Assembly (NCBI GenBank): GCA_964402285.1
Contig: CAYOAZ010000010.1
Location: 8,357-72,356, forward strand
DNA: 64,000 bases
Reading direction: 5' to 3'
DNA from: an uncultured Anaerolineae bacterium
Lineage (GTDB): Bacteria; Chloroflexota; Anaerolineae; JAADDB01
Shown here: piece after piece, positions 58,315 through 64,000 of the stretch
Layout: every line of letters starts with the position of its first letter
How positions within the stretch are numbered: the stretch's first letter is position 1
Made by a program: the position numbers and the translations under genes
Notes under the pieces: model-generated
The model's database searches: none
What the model saw: the letters and a program-made list of their open reading frames with translations, nothing else
What the model was told of the DNA's origin: nothing

Positions 58315-61300
58315 TTACTGAATGTTCCGGAAATCTTCTTGGTATTGGACGGCGATTGGCTGTGGGTGAATTCGTGACAGATTTATTAATTTCGCCTGTA
58401 CTACTCGACGCCATTGGTAAGTTTTGGTTTCTTGGTCGTAGTCCTCGCAAGTGAGCAAGGTGACCCAAGATTCATTCGTGTTCTCAAGCACGCTACTATC
58501 ATTTGGCGCGACCCGGAAGGAACGCTTGACCTCGTAAATGTACCATTGATTCCGGGTTTGGATGAAGATGAGATCCCCCGGACGTAAAGTGTTGAGTTTG
58601 GCGAAGGGACCAGGGAGCCCGGAGGCCAAAGTTACGTGACCGGCCAGGACCGTGTTCCCCCTGTGCGTGGGGAAGGCTGTCCCTTCCAACCAGCCGATTT
58701 GCGTCCAGAGCCAGTCCACATTCCACGAGTCCTTTTGTTTTCGGACTCGGAAGATGGGAGCATGTACATTTAGTTTAGGAATCTCCAGCCAGAAATCGGA
58801 CGCAGGCTGTTTTTTATCTGGCCGCATTTGTTGCGGCAGGGATTCCGCGGGGGTGTAACCCGTTTTAGGTAGTGTAATCCCTTCCGATGGCGAAGGTGTT
58901 TCTTTCTGTGTGTTCTTATTTACACTTGCCACAGACGTAATAGGCATTCCAATTGCCACATTTGAATCACGGATATCGACTGCTCCGTCCCCATTGGAAT
59001 CCCACTGTCCGGAGGTCTGATTGGTTAGAACTCCTAGGTTAGAATCGGCAACCTTGACTCGGAAGGTAATGACTACCTCATTGTGTGCAGATTCCTCGGT
59101 AAAGGCACCTGCATCTGGCCCGATGAATCCAATCCACACCACTTGTCGGGCGTTTTTGTCATAGGCGCACACATAGGTAACTGATGAGCCCCTTGCCTCG
59201 CAGTGGAGGCTCCCCTCAATGAACTCTGTACCTTCTTGCACTGGATCGGTGATATGTACCCGCAATGGTACATAATTACGAGCGTTGATCCACACTTGGC
59301 GCCATTCTACAATGGGCCACGCATCCGCCATCCCCACCTTTTTGACGGCCGGTGGATCCAGTGGTGGTGCGGGTGGTGGGGGGGGAGGTGGCGCGGCCGT
59401 GGGTGTTGGCGTAGGCGGCACGGCCGTGGGTGTCGACGTAGGCGGCGCGGCCGTGGGTGTCGGCGTAGGTGGCACGGCCGTGGGTGTTGGCGTAGGCGGC
59501 ACGGCCGTGGGTGTCGGTGTAGGTGGCGCGGCCGTGGGTGTCGGCGTAGGCGGCGCGGCCGTGGGTGTCGACGTAGGCGGCGCGGCCGTGGGTGTCGACG
59601 TAGGCGGCACGGCCGTGGGTGTCGACGTAGGTGGCACGGCCGTGGGTGTCGGCGTAGGCGGCACGGCCGTGGGTGTTGGCGTAGGTGGCACGGCCGTGGG
59701 TGTTGGCGTAGGTGGCACGGCCGTCGGTGTCGGCGTAGGCGGCACGGCCGTGGGTGTCGGCGTACTTGTTGGTGTTGGTGTGTTTGTGGGTGTTGAAGTA
59801 GGAGTGAACGTAGGCGTAGGTGTGTGCACTGGTACTAATCCAAAGTGGTGATATACGTCATGTTGGCATGTGGCTACCAGATTAGCATGTTGTGGGTTCG
59901 GACTAGTTACTCGATATCCGCTTGGCGGGAGTACTGTGATTTGATAGGAGCCCAAAGGAATACCGCCGACCTGCCACCAACCATTCGCGTTGCTGACGGC
60001 CGTGCGTTGTACAGGGCCAGAGATTTGAACGTTCACATTGGGGATGCCAGGTTCCACACCATACTGGTATGTTCCGTCTCCATTTAGATCCTGGAAGATT
60101 ACGCCACCTAACGAAGTGAAACAGGGGGTTGGTGTAGGCGTGTTGGTAGCCGTTGGGGATGGCGTGGGCGTTTCGGTAGGTGTAGGGGTATCAGTTGCGG
60201 TGGGGGATGGTGTAGGCGTTTCGGTGGGTGTCGGAGTTGGTGTAGGGGTTAGGGTTGGTGTCGCACACGGTGATATGGTCACTGGATGGTCTTCAATTTC
60301 CCCTTTTCCTTTGGTGCCTGTGTCGTCGTCCGCAGTAAGATTTTGATCGCTGAGGCGTAAGCGTAAGTATGTAAGCCCCGCCGTCATTCCGTTAGGCAAA
60401 GAACTCCAGGTAAGGACGACTTGAGCATTATTGGTTCCATCCGCTACTGTTACGGAGGTGAACTCTTCGCTGTCAAAGACGCCGTTTTGGTTGAAGTCGA
60501 TCCACCCTGCAAGGACTGCTGACGCTCCACTACGGTTTGTTACTGTAACGGTAATGCTATAAGAACTGGCACAGGTGAGGATAGAATCAAGCGAAATCGG
60601 GCCATCTTCGTCATCTACGCCGTTGTTGTCGTCACCATCTGCATTGGTGGAGTATTGACTATCGTTTTCACTGTCTGGTGCATTAGATCCTAAGTACAGG
60701 GTTGAGTCGAGAAGATGGCCTGCGTCTCCGTAGGATTTCGGCGCGTCACCATGATCTACTGGTACTGCGTGGAAGCCAAAGTCAAAGGAGAGATCATCCT
60801 GGGTGTCCGGGAAGTTATGAATGGCACCTGGGGTATCCTGGTTGCCGTCTTCTCCGGTCGTGAGAGCAATGGGAGAGGGAATGGAGAATTCTGGACCTTT
60901 CACAGGTGTGCCGGCTCCACCAGGTTGGGAACCATCGGAATCCTTATTGTCATCGCTCCCCTGGTTGGGAGAGACGGCGAGGGGTTTATCCGATGGTGGT
61001 GTAGGGATTTGAATCTGGTAGGTGCCAGGTATAAGGCCACAGAAGGAATAGACTCCGTTCGTGTTGGTGGAGTTGGTGTAAATGCGGTCATCACCGACGG
61101 CCGAAGTATCTGAGGGTTGAGTCTCAATAGTCCCATTTGGTCCGGCCCATGCGAGACGGACAGATACATTGGCAATACCAGTATCACTGGCGTCCTGGAG
61201 GTTGGGGGAGGAGCCGGTGTCGTCATTCCAGACGTAATTACCTACGCAAGCCAAAGGTTGCCAGTAGTCTTCTACTTCTCCGTCATTGGCTGTACCTGTC

Positions 61301-63036
61301 CAGCCGGAGAGTGTGTCGGTGGTTAGGCGGAAGCGCATATGGGTTTCCCCGCCATCAAACGTGGCGGTGGCGGGGACGTCGAAGCAGTAAGTGTTTGCAA
61401 AGGGGCCCCCGTTCGGTATGGAAACCCGCCCATTGGCAAAATTGCCGCCATTAAGCGCTTCAGACGTGTCGAAAGTGCCATCGCCATTGAAGTCTATCCA
61501 AGCGTAAAGGTTGGCGTTGGAAGAGAGGTTATTGACACCAGTGACTCGAATACACGCTTGGCTTCCCGGGATAAGGGGAGTAATTAGCTGGACTCCGTCT
61601 TCGTCATCCCCTGGAGAGGAGCAGGTACCAACAGTCGTGGGGGGCACAGAGTTGGATCCTGCATTATCGTCTCCTCCGTTAGTGTCAGCACCAGCGTGAG
61701 CGTCTGGTTTGCCGTTGGTTTCTGTATCTATACAGTTACCCAAATAAAGGTCATCCGTAAGTTTATGTCGGGCTCCTTCTCCTTCGCCGTTGTTGTTTGT
61801 TGCATCTGTGGCAAAGGTATCGGGCAGGTCTCCCCAATCGTATAGTGTAGGTGTATAGTGAAAACGATTGATGGTGGATCCCGAGCCGGTTAAATACACG
61901 TATCCGCGCGTTACGTAAAGGCCGTGGGTGTTATAAATAGGCGGGTTGGCATTTGGAGACCAGGTAGTACGTTCGGCTGTAACAGCAGTAACGGAGCCGG
62001 TATCACTTGTGGAGTTCACAGAGAGCCCGTTCAGTTGGGTCATATTCTTCCAGGCAATGGCTACGTCCGTTTCGTTGACGTAGCCGATGCGAGCGGAGAG
62101 AACCCCCACCGTGACACTTTGGCCTCCGGTGTGTGTGGGGGCCCAGGAAGGATTGACGACCATGTTGGGTAGATCTAGAGCTGCGAGGCCGTTGCGATTA
62201 TATCCTCCCACGTTGGTAAAATCACCCAACATGTAAAGTCGAATACCCGGATTGGTAGAGAGTGAGTACACGGCGTTGTTAACAGAAGGTGCTGCAACTA
62301 GAGAATTGGTGGCGGGATTCAGGATAGCAAAGTAATTAGCGGATCCCAATAAACCCTGGAACGTCCCACCGATAAAGAGGCGGTCAACAGCACTATCAAA
62401 CTCCAAGGCGTAAACTGTCGACGCATTACTGGATAGGAGAAGAGGAAAACTGGAGGAATTAGGGGTGATACCAGAAATATCGTACTGGCGATAACCGAAG
62501 TTTCCTCCCACATGTAAGCGTCCTCGCGCACGATCCACAGCGAGAGCATGAACATCATTCGTTAAGCCCGGATCCCAGGGCAAGACATTTCCAGTATTTA
62601 AATCAATGGCTACCAGATAGCGATGACTGGCACCGTCAACTGTTGCGAAACGTCCCCCAACAAATAAATAGTGAGAGTAGTATTCCAACGATGTACCCCA
62701 ATCCCAACCGCTAATTCCATTTCCAAAAGAATACGAGCGTCCTATGGGAGTACAGGTTGTCGTGTCAAGTTCTGTCAGACTATCATAGTTATATTGGACA
62801 CTATTTTTCGATAATTTGTTAAATGCTCCTGTGATAAAGAAACGTCCATTAGGCAACTGGAGTAAATCTATTGTGCCATAGTCAGTTGTGGGACAATCGC
62901 CCACAGGATTGTTTGGGAGTGTACTGGTAACTACAGCAGGTGCTGCCCAATTGTACGGGTTGGAACCTTCTAGTATGGCAAATATTACATACACCAGAAT
63001 TAAAAGAATTACTATCTTACTAAGTTTAACTCTCAT
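58315..63036 (-). CDS. 1573-aa surface protein: beta-propeller-like repeats, GEVED x2, SdrD-B-like x2, Pro/Thr stalk, DUF11-like domain, LPKTG, C-terminal sortase domain
   Basis: Signal peptide. Repeats VYALEFD...LFIGGTF. GEVED motifs (AWIDFNGDG...MRFRL...GEVEDY; GWIDFNQNG...LRLRL...GEIEDH). VGNYVWND...TNGVYSF and GGVIFQDLNGDG. LPKTG at 58858-58872, then LEIPKL...NTVLAGH...TLLTC...RRVV. Confidence 0.9.
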   Translation of the reverse strand: MRVKLSKIVILLILVYVIFAILEGSNPYNWAAPAVVTSTLPNNPVGDCPTTDYGTIDLLQLPNGRFFITGAFNKLSKNSVQYNYDSLTELDTTTCTPIGRSYSFGNGISGWDWGTSLEYYSHYLFVGGRFATVDGASHRYLVAIDLNTGNVLPWDPGLTNDVHALAVDRARGRLHVGGNFGYRQYDISGITPNSSSFPLLLSSNASTVYALEFDSAVDRLFIGGTFQGLLGSANYFAILNPATNSLVAAPSVNNAVYSLSTNPGIRLYMLGDFTNVGGYNRNGLAALDLPNMVVNPSWAPTHTGGQSVTVGVLSARIGYVNETDVAIAWKNMTQLNGLSVNSTSDTGSVTAVTAERTTWSPNANPPIYNTHGLYVTRGYVYLTGSGSTINRFHYTPTLYDWGDLPDTFATDATNNNGEGEGARHKLTDDLYLGNCIDTETNGKPDAHAGADTNGGDDNAGSNSVPPTTVGTCSSPGDDEDGVQLITPLIPGSQACIRVTGVNNLSSNANLYAWIDFNGDGTFDTSEALNGGNFANGRVSIPNGGPFANTYCFDVPATATFDGGETHMRFRLTTDTLSGWTGTANDGEVEDYWQPLACVGNYVWNDDTGSSPNLQDASDTGIANVSVRLAWAGPNGTIETQPSDTSAVGDDRIYTNSTNTNGVYSFCGLIPGTYQIQIPTPPSDKPLAVSPNQGSDDNKDSDGSQPGGAGTPVKGPEFSIPSPIALTTGEDGNQDTPGAIHNFPDTQDDLSFDFGFHAVPVDHGDAPKSYGDAGHLLDSTLYLGSNAPDSENDSQYSTNADGDDNNGVDDEDGPISLDSILTCASSYSITVTVTNRSGASAVLAGWIDFNQNGVFDSEEFTSVTVADGTNNAQVVLTWSSLPNGMTAGLTYLRLRLSDQNLTADDDTGTKGKGEIEDHPVTISPCATPTLTPTPTPTPTETPTPSPTATDTPTPTETPTPSPTATNTPTPTPCFTSLGGVIFQDLNGDGTYQYGVEPGIPNVNVQISGPVQRTAVSNANGWWQVGGIPLGSYQITVLPPSGYRVTSPNPQHANLVATCQHDVYHHFGLVPVHTPTPTFTPTSTPTNTPTPTSTPTPTAVPPTPTPTAVPPTPTPTAVPPTPTPTAVPPTPTPTAVPPTSTPTAVPPTSTPTAAPPTSTPTAAPPTPTPTAAPPTPTPTAVPPTPTPTAVPPTPTPTAAPPTSTPTAVPPTPTPTAAPPPPPPPAPPLDPPAVKKVGMADAWPIVEWRQVWINARNYVPLRVHITDPVQEGTEFIEGSLHCEARGSSVTYVCAYDKNARQVVWIGFIGPDAGAFTEESAHNEVVITFRVKVADSNLGVLTNQTSGQWDSNGDGAVDIRDSNVAIGMPITSVASVNKNTQKETPSPSEGITLPKTGYTPAESLPQQMRPDKKQPASDFWLEIPKLNVHAPIFRVRKQKDSWNVDWLWTQIGWLEGTAFPTHRGNTVLAGHVTLASGLPGPFAKLNTLRPGDLIFIQTRNQWYIYEVKRSFRVAPNDSSVLENTNESWVTLLTCEDYDQETKTYQWRRVVQAKLINLSRIHPQPIAVQYQEDFRNIQ
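59387..59764 (-). repeat. 27-bp in-frame tandem repeat x14 encoding T(P/S)TPTA(V/A)PP
   Basis: Plus-strand units of the type ggcggcacggccgtgggtgtcggcgta. Confidence 0.95.
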
Positions 63037-63704
63037 GGTTGACTCCTTTTTTGGTATATGGATATTGTATATAAAATAGAAGACAAACCAACATTAAAGT
63101 TGTCTGTTTTGCAAAGGGTCCAAGGTATCGGTCATAAGGCAAAGGTCACACTGCGAATTTGTGGGCCGTATTAGAAGCGTTTACTCGGTGTATGAATCTG
63201 TTGCGTTTGTGCAAAGATATGTGCGTAGGACAAATTTTAATTTTTAAGGTTTTCTGTCAAGGGACGGGGATGCCGCGTCTTGAGGGGCGTGTCAACACCG
63301 CGGAATCCACACCAAGACACTGACTCCCGAAGGCAGACGCAAATCGTGGACCGAACCGGAGGCGGAGGCGATGGTCATCGCTCAAATTAGCCTCAATTCG
63401 GTCAGGCGCAGGCGTTTTGGCCAGGCCCTTCTCCTCTTCTTTTAGGGTGTTGAGAAGGGCCTCTGTATTTTTCTACTCTTGCCTGTTGTGCAACGAGTCT
63501 AATTATACTGAACAAATTGGACTCTGTTATATTCACCAACAGTACTACTAATCAGTGCACCATACTCTTGAAATATATTACTCTATATTAACAATATGGC
63601 TGGCTCGATCATCCCGGGAGTTCCCAATAGGCAATTCTCCGCTCGCGATAGTACATGGTACTCGACCGAGCAGGAGGGCCCTCCAATCGCTCTTCAGCGC
63701 TCAA

Positions 63705-63726
63705 TGGTGGAACATTGGTGGAACAT
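63705..63726 (+). repeat. Tandem 11-bp direct repeat TGGTGGAACAT x2 (integrase arm-site-like)
   Basis: Exact tandem, ending 30 bp before repeat copy 2. Confidence 0.7.
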
Positions 63727-63756
63727 TCATTTCGCCGACGCCTGTGAGTAAAGTGC

Positions 63757-63816
63757 AATCTCCTTTCTGGTCGCTAAAAACCAACAAGGCCCCTTCCTCG
63801 CTAAGGAAGGGGCCTT
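63757..63816 (+). repeat. 60-bp direct repeat, copy 2
   Basis: Exact match to 58141-58200. The flanking bases diverge on both sides. Confidence 0.97.
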
Positions 63817-63852
63817 GTGCTGCCGGCATGAGGGCTGGATAGGTGGTGTGTA

Positions 63853-63999
63853 TTACTTGACTACACCTGTCTCCATGCGCTCGTTATAGATATTCTGCAG
63901 TTCGTAGAGCATCTGCTGGAGTTCGAAGAAGCCATGCCAGTGTGCCCAGTCCGGGCCTCCCATGGCCGCACCTTGGCGGGCACGTCGTCCAGTGTGGTG
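63853..63999 (-). CDS. 3' end of a HAO/octaheme-like multiheme cytochrome c (partial)
   Basis: Manual translation HHTGRRARQGAAMGGPDWAHWHGFFELQQMLYELQNIYNERMETGVVK* matches the HHxGRRARxGAAMxGPDyxHWHG motif of this family. Not in the ORF track. Confidence 0.75.
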   Translation of the reverse strand, partial: HHTGRRARQGAAMGGPDWAHWHGFFELQQMLYELQNIYNERMETGVVK

Positions 64000-64000
64000 C

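Larger units (their letters stand above)
58201..63816. mobile_element. 5.6-kb integrase-less genomic islet inserted at the coaX 3' end
   Basis: Bounded by the exact 60-bp direct repeat (offset 5616 bp). It has an AT-richer distal part, tandem 11-bp repeats near the right end and a single cargo gene. Confidence 0.75.

Noticed and set aside
63234-63260. TTGACA...TAAAAT promoter for the surface-protein gene
   Set aside because: The spacer is only 15 bp; plausible but not supportable without TSS data.
63310-63400. c-di-GMP-I riboswitch or TnpB omega-RNA-like element
   Set aside because: GACGCAAA is present, but the GGCAAA/GNRA P2 is missing and the orientation is opposite to the downstream gene. 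The omega-RNA resemblance is only a few short words, with no tnpB or IS end hairpin.
63555-63842. 95-aa plus-strand ORF
   Set aside because: It runs through the att-like repeat and terminator, and has no RBS or homology cues.

Overview
Bacterial chromosomal window of mostly housekeeping genes. It is most likely Chloroflexota (Anaerolineae-like). This is inferred from the many PTPTP-linker secreted proteins, xLPL motifs, an LPxTG-plus-sortase fusion, a 7TM-HTH regulator, an O-antigen-ligase/TPR protein and futalosine-pathway genes. About 55 CDS can be supported, including hisI/hisE, hisZ-hisG-hisD, glmS, gatC/gatA, fchA-folD, ftsK, ubiD-like, mqnC, an ECF pantothenate transporter plus coaX, several glycosyltransferases and Pro/Thr-rich exported proteins. 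Three structured RNAs are readable by eye: a large Alu-containing SRP RNA (9037-9305, -), a glmS ribozyme (13067-13296, +) and a 6S RNA (34721-34890, -). The strongest unexplained signals are: (1) a 5.6-kb cassette bounded by an exact 60-bp direct repeat that duplicates the coaX 3' end and its terminator, with tandem 11-bp arm-site-like repeats but no integrase; its only cargo is a 1573-aa surface protein whose LPKTG motif is followed in the same polypeptide by an intact sortase domain; (2) a glmS ribozyme with a 44-nt two-hairpin insertion inside its catalytic core; (3) a candidate attenuator upstream of the pantothenate operon; (4) a possible protein O-glycosylation system paired with mucin-like Pro/Thr proteins. 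No tRNA, rRNA, CRISPR array or intact transposase was seen. All family calls come from motif recognition, not database searches.
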